A DNA stretch of 64,000 bases, taken from contig NW_024704743.1 of the NCBI RefSeq assembly GCF_018977255.1, positions 8,496,001-8,560,000 on the forward strand, given 5' to 3'. Shown here piece by piece: positions 27,515 through 41,157 of this stretch. Numbering within the stretch: position 1 is the stretch's first letter; each line of letters begins with the position of its first letter. Under the pieces are notes generated by a model, which saw nothing but the letters and a program-made list of their open reading frames with translations, had not been told where the DNA came from and did not search any database. Source of the DNA: Callorhinchus milii. Taxonomy: Eukaryota. Position numbers and translations under genes: made by a program.

Positions 27515-29141
27515 GTTGTATTGGATTTTAATGGTGCTATAAAGCAGTACAATTTTTGTTTCACCTTTTCAGCATCCAAGACACGATCGGGCACATCTAC
27601 TTAATATTGAGAGCAAAGACGTAAATATCATGACTAAGTAGATTTTCAAGGCATTTTGGTGGCAAAAATGTCATGGATTCGTTGAAATGTCAAATTAATA
27701 TAGTACACAGTCGTCAAATGTCAAGTTTACCCGAGACCAAAGTTCTAGCTCAAGAATCTGCAAGATCAGGGTGCAAACACTTATCAATCCAGATGATAGA
27801 GAATAAGAACATATTTTAGAATATGTCCCAGTTGATTGCAGGTCTACTGTGGACCTGTTCTTAAGGTTGTCAGGTCGCTGCTGGCAGCACTTCCCACATA
27901 TCATGCACATATATGCTAAGTGCAGTATTCATAGCAGTTCAAGAAGGAAATGACATCAACTCAGTTTCATAGTGTGCAGGAAAGGATGTCAATGGAAACT
28001 TGATGATCTGGAAACAGGACTGGGGACTATTTTGTTCTGTGAACCCATTGTAACACGGTTGCCCTGCATTAAAGATTAGCTGAGACATTGGAGAAACATA
28101 ACTTTTTAAAAAGAGGTTCCCATTTAAAAAAATCAGGTAATCTGCCTTTCACAAGCAGTACTGTAACTGCTTTGGATGAAGTTCAAAAACCCAACAAATC
28201 TTGCCAATTTTAAATCCACAATAATATGAAAAATGTGTTGTCAGTAGCATTATAACAGAAACTGGCAACAAAACCACAATCCAATCTAGATTACAAGTAT
28301 TTTAAATGTTTGATCAGCTACTGTAAATTACATGGCAGCATTGGGTAGTTACCCACTTAACAAATGGTTTAAAAAAAAACTTTTGAACAGATTCAATTTA
28401 GCAGCTCAGAATTCTAGGCCGTCAACGTGACATCTCAGAAAAGTGGGACGCTGCATTTCTGGGTGCTTCCAATCAGTTCCTGAGTTCAGCCAAACATCAA
28501 GACTTACCCAAAAATAAGAAAATCTGCTCATTCTAGCCCAGTGCACTGCAACAGGCAATCAGTGCTGCAGGCCTGGAATAGCTCCCTTGCCTCAAACATG
28601 TGTGTATGTGCGTGTGTGGGGGGGGATGAAGAATGGAACTAGCTTTTTTTTCCCCTAAAGCCTAAAAACAGAAATTGTGGATTACAAAAAACAATAAACT
28701 ATTGCTAATCAACAGTTCCATTTGGATTTTATATCAGGCCAGTGCCAGCTCCCCTCACTCTCTTCTGCCTCCCCCTCATTAAATGCATTTCAGATTCCTG
28801 CCATTGTATTGGGAACCAACCACATTAAACATGTCAGGACTCTTCAGCCTTAAGAAATGTCTCAGGGGACTTTAATAAGATGCTAAATGGATTTAAGTAA
28901 AGCAAACCAGAACACCATTTTCAAATGTGCCAAAGCTGCGGAACAAGAGGGTATGAGCTCAGGGTTCTGAAGGGTAAATTTTTGACAAAACACCAGATAT
29001 TTTCTTTCCACAGCAGGTGCAACTGGAATGGTGACAAGAGCAAGTAACTAACTCATTTAAGAAACAGCTCGATTCTGAAATGGAAAAAAACTTAAGATTG
29101 GATGTTCCAGGAGGCGATCAAATGAGCCAAACAATATGGCA

Positions 29142-29276
29142 AAAGACAAAATACTGCAGATGCTGGAAATCTGAAATAAAAACAAAAGTCGCTGGGAACA
29201 CGCAGCATGTCAGGCAGCATCTATCTCATAGATGCTGCCTGACCTGCTGTGTATTCCCAGCGACTTCTGTTTTAAT
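29142..29276. mobile_element. Fold-back element copy 2 (centre deleted; near-perfect hairpin)
   Basis: Same arms as copy 1, joined by a 3-nt loop (CAGCATCTAT-CTC-ATAGATGCTG). 11-bp TSD ACAATATGGCA at 29131-29141 and 29277-29287. Confidence 0.8.
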
Positions 29277-30129
29277 ACAATATGGCATAGATTTTTATAG
29301 TTCCATTCACGTGGGACTTCCTAAAACGCCTTAAACAACCTTCATCAATTCCAAACTTGTGATCCTGGGATAGCATTTACAAATTAACTCACTTTGTGCA
29401 ACTGATAGGCAGATGCATCATCTCTACCCCCAACCAGCAGCCAATTTGTTTTTAAGAAGGTGCTCACAGTAAGAGCCCACATTAAATGGGAGATGCGGAA
29501 GAACCTGAAAAATATTGAACACTCTGTGGCGCAGCGCAGACTCCAAATTCTTTTTTTAAAACCCAAATTAATAGGAATCAAATATTTCAAAATTAGGATA
29601 CAAATTCAACATCTTTAAAATGCTAAAGCACAAATTGTTATATATTCAAAATGATTTGTGAATAAATCAACTGAAATTAATCTTAAAGGTTTTTCTCTCT
29701 CAAATTTATAACTGCTCAGATTAACTATCTTCATACAGGTTAACTGAATCACAAGGTTCACGCAATGAAATTTTAATTTCAAATGATCAAAACAATTACC
29801 AACTACATGGTCTGGATAGAAACAATTTCGATTCATATAGTGCCTTTCACGTCTGTCTCAAAGCGCTTTATGCTCAGCTGACTGGGAAACCAAGCTTTGG
29901 GGGATGGAGGAAAGAGACGAGACAAACAGAAAGCATGGTCGAAAAGATAGGTCTTAAGGCACTCTTTGAAGATGGGGAAGGAAAGACAAGTCAGAGACCC
30001 TAAGATAGAGTTCCAGAGAGCAAGACAGAATGGCTGAGAGCTGGCTCACTGGTGGATAGGAAAGCAAGGCTGCGGGCAGTCGCTGAGTATGTAGGTACTG
30101 TGAAAGGATTAAGGCATGAATGGGAATCC

Positions 30130-30386
30130 TTCACTCGGAGGCTTCCTGTCCCCTGCAACCACCTTCAGTTGGCAGGGTTTCCGCCCATTTGCCCCCACTC
30201 TCTGGAAACCACCCCAGAATCCTTCCAATTCGCTCACTCCCTCAACTCATTCAAGGTACATCTCAAGACCTTCTTTGATCAGGCTTTTGGTCATCTTTCC
30301 CCTCTCCACACCCCCAGGCTTCCAGCTTGGGTTCATACCATTATTGTTAAGCACCTTGGGATGTCTTCCCAACCAGAAAGACGCTA
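30130..30386 (+). mobile_element. L2 LINE 3' fragment
   Basis: CTCTGGAAA..TTCAAGGTACATCTCAAGACC..TTTGATCAGGCTTTTGG and L2 tail stem; abuts an inverted SINE. Confidence 0.7.
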
Positions 30387-30704
30387 TAATAATAATAATC
30401 TTTGCATTTGAATAGCACTTTTCACGTGTTCGACATCTCAAAGCGCTTCACAGAATATGCTGTAAAGTGAATTGACTGTATACTTGTGGGCGAAAAGCGG
30501 CAGCCAATTGCGCACAGCAATGTCCCACAAACAGTCGTGGATTGAAAATGACCAATTTATTATTGTTTTTTTTTGGAGGGATTATTATTAGGAGTGTGGA
30601 GTAAGGAAACTTGCCCACGGTTTCGCCCTGACCTGCCTGGAATTGAACCCAGGTCTCTCGCTTGCCAAGCGAGTGCTCTAACCACTGAGCTAACAGGACT
30701 CCAC
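30387..30704 (-). mobile_element. tRNA-headed SINE, short variant, full length
   Basis: Reverse complement of the 9269-9577 family, low divergence. Confidence 0.92.
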
Positions 30705-31020
30705 ATATAAATGTAATTCTGGATGGCCTACACCTCATGCAGAGGAGTGAACGAGTATTATGTTGCAATAATCGTTTGAATGTGGAGGAGTGGATTGGGG
30801 TCCTGAGCAGGGAGGAAGGGGGGAGGGAAGACAGAGGCAAGGAGGAAAAAAGCTGAACAAGTGAGAGCCTAGATATAAAACATGTGGGTGGGGGGAGAAG
30901 AACAAAACCCAAAGTTGGCTCCATGAAGTAGTCAATGCCCAAGATGAAAAGGCACTGACAGAAACCAAGCAGTGGGGCACAATTGTCATGTCGATAGTAG
31001 CTCAAGAAAGTTTACAAAAC

Positions 31021-31307
31021 TTGCACTGAATATAGCACTTTTCACGTCTTCTAAACGTCTCAAAGCACTTCACAGAATATACTATAAAGTGAATTGACTG
31101 CATCTGTGGGCAAAACGTGGCAGTCAATTGCACATAGCAAACATTCATGGATTGAAGGACTAATTTCTCAATTGTTTTTTTGAAGGGATTATTTTCAGGC
31201 TTGTGGAGTAAGGAAACTTGTCCAAGGTTTCGTCCTGCTGGGAATCGAACCCAGGTCTCTCGCTCTTGCAAGGCAAATACTCTAACCACTGAGCTACAGA
31301 ACTCCAC
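31021..31307 (-). mobile_element. tRNA-headed SINE, short variant
   Basis: Reverse complement of the family consensus. Confidence 0.88.
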
Positions 31308-32974
31308 AAAAAGACTTTGGGGAAAGATAATAGGTGATAAGGATGGATACATAAATGGAGGTCATCAGCAATATGTGGCAGACAGGCAAGAAATACATAA
31401 GAAAATACGTAAGAAAAACATATTCAATGTGGAACATCTTATATCAGATGACTGAAAAGTCAAAAGGCACTGAACCAAAGCCAACACTACTTGTGTATGC
31501 AAACAGTGAAACTATGACTCGTAAAAATCCACATTCCTTGGAACTGTAAGTTTCTCGTCAATGTGAAATCCAATGCAAGAACTACGCTAACAATAAATCT
31601 AAAGGAAGTAATTTCTATATAAATAATGCATTTTAAAAAAATAAAGCTGCATTATGTTGACTTCCAGGTTTGCAGCAGATTAAATCTGGTATTTACAGTG
31701 TAGATATACTGAGGCAAATATGTTAACTGCTGCGCTGGTGTGCGTCAGGCTGGCTCAGTCGGTAGCACTCTCATCTCTAAGTCAGAAGGTTGTGCGTTCA
31801 AGCTTCATGTCAGACTTGGAACTCACAGTACAAGCCGACACTCCAATGCAGTGCCGGGTGTGCTTCTCATTACTGAAGATGCCGTTCTTCGGATGAGACC
31901 TTAAATTAAGCCAAGGCTTGGTCTGACCGTTCAGGAGCATCTTAATCATTATTATTATCTGCACACTCAAAACAATTTTACAACAACAGGCTGGAATCGC
32001 ATAATAAAAAAAACCATCTTTTACTAAACATCAAAAACTTCCTTTTTTGAGGAGAGGAAGGCAATGAATTTTATTAGATGTTTAATCAGATACTTTTGAT
32101 TATTTTGATTAAGTGCTCAAACGTGGTTGTTCTCAGTTAACTTAAGAGACTGGAAAGTTTATTTCTGCAGCAAAGAAAGCATCCAAACAGATAAGCCATA
32201 CAAATAAAACTGCAGTTTCAATGTATTTTCTAGCCATGACTTCTGCAGCTGTGGCAATGCAGACATCAAGAATCGAAGAGGTAATTTTCATTGGCCCCAG
32301 ATGCCATTCTAATCTGAGTAGCTGCTATATTTCAAAGGCAAGCAGTTTTAATAATCTTTGCATTTTATACAGAACCTAAAACGTTGATTGGGGGGAAAGG
32401 GAGAAAAAGAAGTTAATGTAGCACAAAGTACTAGGTTTTTGGTGGCTTCTGAAGATAAATAGAGGGAGTTGGATAGAGGGGGTTCTGGAAAGATAAAGAC
32501 TTGGTGGTTAAAAACTCGGTGAAAGATAGTGGGAGGAGGGGATGTCCAGCAGACAGAATTTGATGAACTGATATGAAAGGTGCTATACCAAATGTAATGA
32601 TTATTATTAACTGCACACTCACAACAAACAATAAAAACAGGCTGGAAGTGCATAACTCAGAAAACTTTAGCATACAGTTAGGGTTAGGACCTTACAAGGA
32701 ATTTGAAGTTGATCTACTGGGATGCAATAAAACAAAATAAGGCGAGCCAAATAAATTATAAATTAGTATAACTCACATTAAAGACATCAATTTCCTTCCC
32801 TTTCCCCATCCATCCTCAAGCACAATCCCAGTAGAGGATAACAGACAATCTGTTTAAAACTTTGCTAATATCAAATCGAACAAGATGCGCTACGGCAGTT
32901 CAAAATAACTGCCTCAAATATTTTCTTTCAAGGGAAATATGGGTGAAATCATATCTATACTCTCACAGTATATT

Positions 32975-33365
32975 ACATAGAATCATAGAATATTACAGCA
33001 CAGAGGAGGCTATTCGGTCCATTGTGCCTATGCCGGCTCTTTGAAAAAGCCATCCAATCAGTCCCACTCCTCCGATCTTTCCCCACACCCACATCTTGGA
33101 TATATGTCCCCTGGTTACCGATCTATCTGTCCTATCCAGTCTTTCAAAACCCCTCATAATTTTGAACTCCTCTATTAAATCTCCCCTTAATCTTCTCTGC
33201 CTTAAGGAGAACAATGCCAGTTTCTCTAGTCTTTCTACATAACTAAAGTCCCTCGTCCCTGGTACCATTCTGATAAATGTCCTCCTCTGCACCCTCTTCA
33301 AGGCCTTGATATCCTTCCTAGAATTGGACACAATACTCCAGCTGAGGTCTAACCAGTGATATTCA
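32975..33365 (-). mobile_element. CR1-clade LINE 3' fragment
   Basis: Translates ..ALKRVQRR..IRMVPG..SYVERLEKL.LFSL.QRRLRGDLIE (CR1 ORF2 C-terminus), with a TTCTATGATTCTATG tail. Confidence 0.9.
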
Positions 33366-33548
33366 GTAATTGTTTGCACCTTCTTCACAAAATGTAGTTA
33401 GAAAAAAGGCACAAAGCCAAATACTAAACCTCGACTGTATCAATGGGGGGCCTGGAAGTTAACTAATCCAATATACATCATGGCACACATCATTATAAAT
33501 CCCTTGTACATTTGACTCCTTATATCAATGCACTGTGCACTGGTACAG

Positions 33549-33606
33549 TGGGACGTCCTCCCGACGTGAAAGGCGCTCTATAAATGGAATCTTGTTGTTG
33601 TTGTTG
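33549..33606 (+). mobile_element. Extremely 5'-truncated young L2 tail
   Basis: GGGACGTCCTCCCGACGTGAAAGGCGCTCTATAAATGGAATC(TTG)n, almost identical to 7602-7666. Confidence 0.85.
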
Positions 33607-35166
33607 GTAGTTAGAACCCAGGTCATAAAGATATACTGGCTGCTCCAGCTTCTGCAATATAGAAGTACTAACAGGCACATGGTCCTTTTCACATAAAGCT
33701 GGAACATGAGTGGCATAAATAACCTATATTATAAAATCTGCACACCAACACATTGGGGATTATGGACAAACAGCCCAAAGTAAAAATGTCTTCATTGAAA
33801 TATCAATACGTGGTTAGTTTTCAAATTGAAAATATCACATAATGTAGTGAGCAACTGAAAACAAGTGCATAATGCTGACTCTTTCCTGAGCATCAAAAAT
33901 TATCGTCGTCAGAACATTTGAAAAAAATGTTAAGATTGCCTTTCAGAAAAATTTATATTCATTAAAAATAAAAAGAATCCTTGCATTCGATATATCACTT
34001 TGTTGAGATGTCTTAAAGTGTATCACAGAATATATTAAAGTGAATAGACTAATATGTTGTGGGCACATGAACATTCTCCACGCATCGATTATGTCCAATT
34101 GGATCTGGAATGCATTTCGAAAGGGATACCTTCCAGTTAAGAAAAGCCTCCCAAGGTTTAATACTCATAACAGTCACATAAACTGAGCCATACATAGCTT
34201 GCAGGACGATGCAGTCCCTTCCACTGTTACAATTAATTTTAACCAAATATTTATTAGTTTACTCAGGCGTTGAGGCAACAGCAATTTAGGCTGCTTGGAG
34301 CAGGGTGCTCATCAATTGAAAGAACCAAGGTCCTATTGAAATGCCCCCGATATCTCCTCAACCAAGCCAAGTGGGATTCAATCTGGTAGATTACATCGTG
34401 ACCATCAGGCAACTTAATTTATGAGACATTACCCAATGCCCTCAGGCTATTAAAAAANCTACTACAGGACTTTCTCCGAGACTTGAAGAGTTAATATTGT
34501 TCAGAAAAACCCCGTCATTAAGTGTATGTCAGATGAGAGATCGATTTTAATGCGGGTCTTCTGTAGACTCACGATTGCTGAAGCGCAGAACACATGTGAA
34601 AGGACCCAACATCGGAAGTAGAACTGGCGAACTGTTTTTAGCTGATCCATTATAACAGTATTTTGGAAGAGATCCAAAGCACTGTTAACAGCCTTGTGTT
34701 ATAAAGTCCAACAATATGAAACCTCTTGCCAATTCAGAAACAATGTGGAATATTAACAGACAACTTGTAATTCACAAACTTTGTGAGCTGAAACTAAAGA
34801 TCCTTCTGCCGACTTTTTGTTTGGCAGAAGCCTTAGATTCGAATGGAATACATTAACTTGTACAAAACTATATATAGATCCAAGAATTTATGTGGAGACA
34901 TTGATAGACCGATATAATCAAGTTTACCCTCAAAACCAGATGTGGCCGAGTTTTTAAATCACCATGACTGAGATGTGTTACTACAGCAAAGAGATAGGCG
35001 GGCCTGAATCTAAAGGAGGGCACTGTTTATCGACAACCCTTGAAATATGAAATTCTTCCTGAAATACATGGATTAGGACCTTATCCCTTTGAGGAATCAA
35101 TTTGGTCCTCTATTCTTGGAACTGTTTTCAGTAATAGGAACAAGTTCTAATGGTAGATTTACTAAA

Positions 35167-35529
35167 GTGGAGTCCTGTAGCTCAGTGGTTAGCACTTGCC
35201 TCACAAGGGAGAGACCTGGGTTTGATTCCCAGTAGGGCTAAACGTTGGGCATATTTCCATACTTCACATGCCTCTGTTTACCTAGCAGTAAGTAGGAACC
35301 TGGTTATTAGTCGATTGGCGGATCACTTTTCCAGGGATCATAATCCCTTCAAAAAAAAATTTGGTCACTCAATCCACAACTGTTTGTGGGACACTGTTGT
35401 GCGTAATTGGCTGCCACATTTCGCTTAAAAAATAGTCAATTCACTTTATAGTATATTCTGTGAAGCGCTTTTGAGATGTCTAGAAGATGTGATAAGGCGC
35501 TATATCAAATGCAATGATTATTATTATTA
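35167..35529 (+). mobile_element. tRNA-headed SINE, long variant, full length
   Basis: Head, internal GCCTCTGTTTACCTAGCAGTAAGTAGGAACCTGG segment, and tail. Confidence 0.9.
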
Positions 35530-38500
35530 CTACATTGATACGCTGTAAATACGGAGCCGAGTGAGGGTGGGGAATCACAGGCTTGGTGCAGGAGGATAAG
35601 GCTGACAGTTCTAAATGGTTTGTAGGAGTTTAAGGAGAGGGCTGGAGAGTCTGAGCAGATCATTAGAATAATGAATCATTTTACAATTCTAAAACTACAG
35701 AACTATTGAGTCAGTAGGAAACGCGAGGTAGATGTGGAAAATAGGAGAATTTCGGTGGGAAGTGGATTACTTGTTCATTGAAAGTAATGGAAAATCTCAG
35801 TGCCTTGTTTGCTTGTAAGTCATATCTGTGTTGAAGGAATGCAGAATTAATTTTGCAATTGTGGATTAATCTGTTTTGCTTTTGTTGAGCATTCTCTGTA
35901 GGAGCGTCCACATGATGACTTGATACCTTTTGACTTTAATGCATTAAAAATATTGTTGTATACATTTCCATTTGAGCTGATCATTATTAAGTAATAGTCA
36001 CACAATTTAAAACATAGCATTTCTGGACGATTCTTTCATGTTTCTGGAAGGGAAAAACAAAAATAATGCTTATTCAGCCCACAAACTTTTCTCAAATGTG
36101 GCATCCATCCCTCAACACCCAAAATGTTGGACCACCCTGACCTAGACTATGAGCACAAACCAAATAGTGTGTAAATAGTATGACTAGGCTTCGTTGGATA
36201 ACATAAGCCAGATGAAATTATCCCCCTGGGCTGCCAGTTGGACTGAGATATGCTATCTCAGTAGTACTCACCTGGCCTTCTGGTCTATATTGCTTTGTAC
36301 CGGACTGTCTACAGGAATTTTAATAAATTCCCGTTTTCGTTAAATCTAAATGGATCAATTCTATGGTATAAAAAATAATAAAATTCTCCGACAACATCAA
36401 ATCAAAACTCATATTCGAATATAGCGCATGAGCAATACCAGATACTGAACTGATAATCCAGCACTAAATTATAGATTTTAATAAAAGAAACAGAATGCAA
36501 ATCATCAAGTTGCTACAATACTCAACAGAGTTCTCTGAGATGCTACCCTAAACGAAGTTTGCTTATAAAAATGCAAAAGCTGCTCTTCTAGCAGTATGGG
36601 GGGGGTTAAGCTAAGAATAAAGTAAGTAAATGCCATTTAAAAATAATTTGCTCTGGACCAGATGAAGTCCACCAAAGTATATAAAATAAACTTGGACTGA
36701 CAGTTGGGCAAATATATATTTTAACACCAATTTGTTGATACAATTTCCCCTAAATCGGCTTTTTGTGAACACAGGCTTATAAATTTACATTTTCTTTGAG
36801 AGCATTGTATATATAATAATATAATAATAATAATCCTTGCATTTGATATAGCGCTTTTCACGTACTATATATCCCTGTACTTCTCCCAAAAGTCTCTCCC
36901 CATCCCCAGCTTACACCAGACTGGAAGACAAGCAACCTGCTCCTTCATACTCCTTGGTCAATGCAACTCTTCACCTGACACTGTGTACAGTAACCCTAAA
37001 ACTCTTCTTCTGATACCAGATCTCCACGTGACAGATTTTTCTACCAATATCACAATACCTTCTAACCATTCACATCACATTCAACCTTCCAAACCAAAAA
37101 ATACATCTTCAGGTTTTCTTTGTTGAAATACCAGTCTCCTGCAGAGTACAAGTGACCAAATCAAATTTGCTTGCAATGAATTTGAGAGCTCCATGAATTT
37201 TAAAATAAAACTACTGTTTTAAGTATTTTATGCATGGACTCAAGTTCTTTTTTTAAAAAAGCACTCACTGAATGCTGGTTTCATATTTTTACACAAAGTT
37301 TATAAAATAGAAAAGGCAGGGGGGGAAAGAGAATACTGCCAAAAAACTGCCATAAATATTGTCCGGTTTAATGGTAACATTTACAAACTGGCAAGTTAAA
37401 ATCGTAATCCAGAAAAGCTTGAATTTCCCAACGTCAATTTATGCAATACAACATAATTTCTGCTAAATTGTGACTGACCTACATCTCCCAAATCATTCAC
37501 ATGCAATCAATACAAGCAGCACTGCAAGTGTGGGGCACATTTGTAAATACACTGAAGAATCCACTCAATTAAAATGCAACTCCTAACTAATCAACACAGC
37601 CTTATGAGCTATTAAAAGAAATCCCCAATCTGTTACTGGAAAGGTTTTTAATAGTGATGTTCTGAATACCCTTTATAACTGCAATTCCAAATTCCATCAC
37701 ATCAACAAGCCTTAACGTATTAAAGTATTATCCATTTTTTAAAAAAACGTTGATGGCAAGCAATGACTACACACTCAAACTTCAATTGGTTGTCAGTGGA
37801 TGCTGTAGTGGTCAAACACAAACCACAGCTAATATCAAAACTAACAGGATGTAAAACACTGTATCTTGAGGCTACCATTCACTTACAGGGCTTAATAAAC
37901 ATAAAGGTTATGCATAAATCTAACAGTGTCAATGGGTCAAATACAGTACACTGAACTTTCTCTTCTGAGCTTCCACAAAAACTGGCAGATGCATTTGCCC
38001 TCTGCAAATTAAAAAAACAAACATTTTATGCAGTGTGTGGATGAGAAATAAAGAGTTGGGCAAAATATTGTATCTTTTTTAGATTATACTTTTGTTATCA
38101 TCAAGAAGTATTTTTGTCACGATAAAATAGACGGTGGAGAAAGTTCTATCAAAAACTTTTTTTAAATCAAAAGGTTAATACAATATTATGTTTGTTTTGC
38201 GCCTTTCACATCAGGAAGACGTCCAAAGGCGCTGGATTTCAGCGGTTCTATAAAATTTGCAAGGTCTTTCTTGGTCCTATAGGGTTAAGCATATTGATTT
38301 TTTTTNACTTGCTTAATACAATAGGACAAGAAGCAGAATTATGTCTTATTGAAAGTACCTTTAAAAAGGTTCCTAAGGGAACACAGATTCACCATTTCCC
38401 AAACTACTGTCTGTAATATGCATTGGAAAAACAAGCAAGAAATTTGTTTCTTTTGTTTGAACTCCAGAAAATTCATAACACAAACCCAAAATTTTCAGAA

Positions 38501-40890
38501 GTTCAGAAGACTGTTTTATAAAACTTTGCCGAAAATCTATTGACAGGTTAAAAAAACGATTTGAAAAATGCATTTCAAGAGAGATCACAATTATAAAGAA
38601 ACTCTAAAGGTCTCCCCCCACCCATAAAATCTAAGCTACTAAATCTACACGTGGATGTCAGGTGAGAATAGGATTTAGGGCTCACCTATATAATGCTACA
38701 GTAACCTCTGATGACACTCCTGATTTAGGCTCAAAAAATGAAGTCATTTTGACAAGCTTGTAGGGGTGCTGGGACAATAATTTTACAATTATACAGCGCC
38801 TTTCACTTTGTGAAGACATTGCAAAGCACTTTGTTTTGAACCATACAGTATATGGCACCAATGGAACCATAAACAAGTCAACTTCTTCAGGTCAGAGGTA
38901 AGAAAATTGGGGAAGAGGAAAAGCAAATTTGGCAGATGCCAGTGAACATATAATATCATTTGGAACTTGCTTAGAGAGTTTATCCTTAGGTTTAATTATA
39001 ACTCAAGACATCATTCATGCTTAAGTTTAATGTATTAGCTAAGCGTCACTCCCACACACAAAGACATAAGGAAATAGTGTTACAATCATTCAAAAAGATC
39101 ATCGTTATGTTAAAGAATGTATGTTAAATTCAATTCACAAATGTCGATTGTTGAGTAATAGAAGAAAAAAGTTTGCTCTAAAATACCCACTGTAATATAG
39201 TTCAATGTTTTCCTATTATAAATAAAACTGCGAGATTCAGGTGCACATAATCCCTAAACTTGTCAATGTAAATCAAAAAATGTGTCCACATGACACAGCA
39301 AAGCATTTTGTTAAGTGTTAAGCATTTTTACTGTATTACACAATTGGGAGATGCAAACACAAGTACAACTCATTTCACAAGCTGAACAAAATCAGGCCAG
39401 CTAATATTGCACAGAACAAAACAAAAATGCAGGAATTAAAAAAAGCTTCAGAAACATACTCCAATTTGTATACAGTACATTTATGCACATTGGTCATAAA
39501 ATACAGTCAATTCACTTTACAATATATTCTGTGAAATGCTTTGAGATGTCTAGAAGATGTAAAAAGCGCTCGATCAAATGCAAGGATTATTATTATAACT
39601 TCTATGTTTAGTTGATACGACATTCAATCCAGTCAACCGAAATTCCAATAATTGTAGATTCAATCTTTAGTGCTAATGGTATCACTGGCGTCTTGTTGCA
39701 CATACGATTGAGGCAAAGAGAACAATTTTATTAGGAACTTCAACAGGGAATTTACTTGTCACCTTTGTTGAAACAGACAGTCATTACATCTGAACTATCA
39801 AGATTACTCTTGATTACTGTATCGATAACTGGTTTCAAAACTGGTAGGCTTACTGCATCAAAGAATGATGGACCAGTCATACGAATGTGGTAAAGTCTGA
39901 AAGTTACAGAAAAATACAATCTGCAAAACATTCAGTATGGAGGAATAGCACATTTTTGGAATGAAATACTAAATTAAATTTATAGTTGTTTCGTCTTCAT
40001 ACTACTTTGAATTTGAGCACTACAGATTTAAGATAAAATAGAAGCGTAATAAAATATACTTTTCAAAAACAAGCCACACTGTATCAACCATATTAAGCAA
40101 CTTCCACTAAACCACTAATGGGGTTCACACTATACATGCAACTGCACAGTATGCCATGCACTTCTCATAACTAGTGTACATGACACCCAAACTGAGGGAC
40201 AAAAGAACCAGGAGCAATAAAACAGTATCAACCTATCTCTAGCATCATCGTAACCCAATAATACTAGTCTTTCAACCTTTACCCCTAAAATAATGTGCAT
40301 GCTAACCCTCCCACCAAAACGTTGGAAGGACTCGGATACCCTTTCTAACTTGCAAAAGACTTTCTAAACAATAAACTCAATCTAATACATAAATGAACGC
40401 ACTCAAAAAATCCCAACCTGATTGCACAAGGAATGACTTCTTAAAGCCTTCAATGGCATTGCTTTAAAATATTATTTGAACTCGTAATTAAATGCAAAGC
40501 CAACCTCCCAGGCACCTAGCTTACAGTCAAACGAAAGGAGAAATCGTTACACTCCTGTGACAGCTATTTCAGCAAACTTCTGGGACAAGAAAATCTGCCT
40601 CAGGAGGAAGGAAGGATATTAAAAACAAAGTCACCCAAGTTGTCCAACTGCATTAGCAACACTGAGACACCGAACAAGACGCAGCTCTTGTTCCCAGCCC
40701 TACACGTTGTTGACATACTGCTCCTGCACCAGTTCAGCGTCCCCCGTTAGCCTCTGTACCCCCCCCCCCCCTCTCTCTCTCTTCACTTTCCTCATGTTTG
40801 TGCTCTCTGGCGCCATCACCGCTGCTGGTGACGGGCGGTATGGCTCTCTGCCTGTGCTCGGGCCCAGCCCATGAACAGGGAGAAACATAA

Positions 40891-40930
40891 CAAAATGGCG
40901 GCCCAGCCGGCCTCGCTCGATCACATGATC
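40891..40930 (+). promoter_or_regulatory. YY1 consensus (CAAAATGGCGGC, 40891-40902) plus E-box TCACATGA (40921-40928)
   Basis: Motif matches read directly, inside the intronic part of the CpG island. Confidence 0.5.
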
Positions 40931-41122
40931 CTTTGTGCTCTGCCACTGCGAGTGCGATGTGTGCGTACGTGAGAGAGAGCGAGGATAGCAGGCAATAAAA
41001 CAATTAAGAGAGGAAAAACTAACTCCTCCCGCCCTTGACCTTTCACAAAAGGGAAAATACCCCCCTCTCCTTTCCACTCTCACCTCCAGCTCTTGAGGGG
41101 CAAAGATAGGAGGAGAAGGGGG

Positions 41123-41157
41123 AGTGAGTGAGTGAGTGAGTGAGAGAGAGAGAGAGC
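41123..41157. repeat. (GTGA)n(GA)n microsatellite
   Basis: Read directly. Confidence 0.9.

Noticed and set aside
40713..40820. Possible alternative first exon with donor GCA|GTATGT at 40719/40718
   Set aside because: Its ATGs would splice out of frame with exon 2, and there is no other support.
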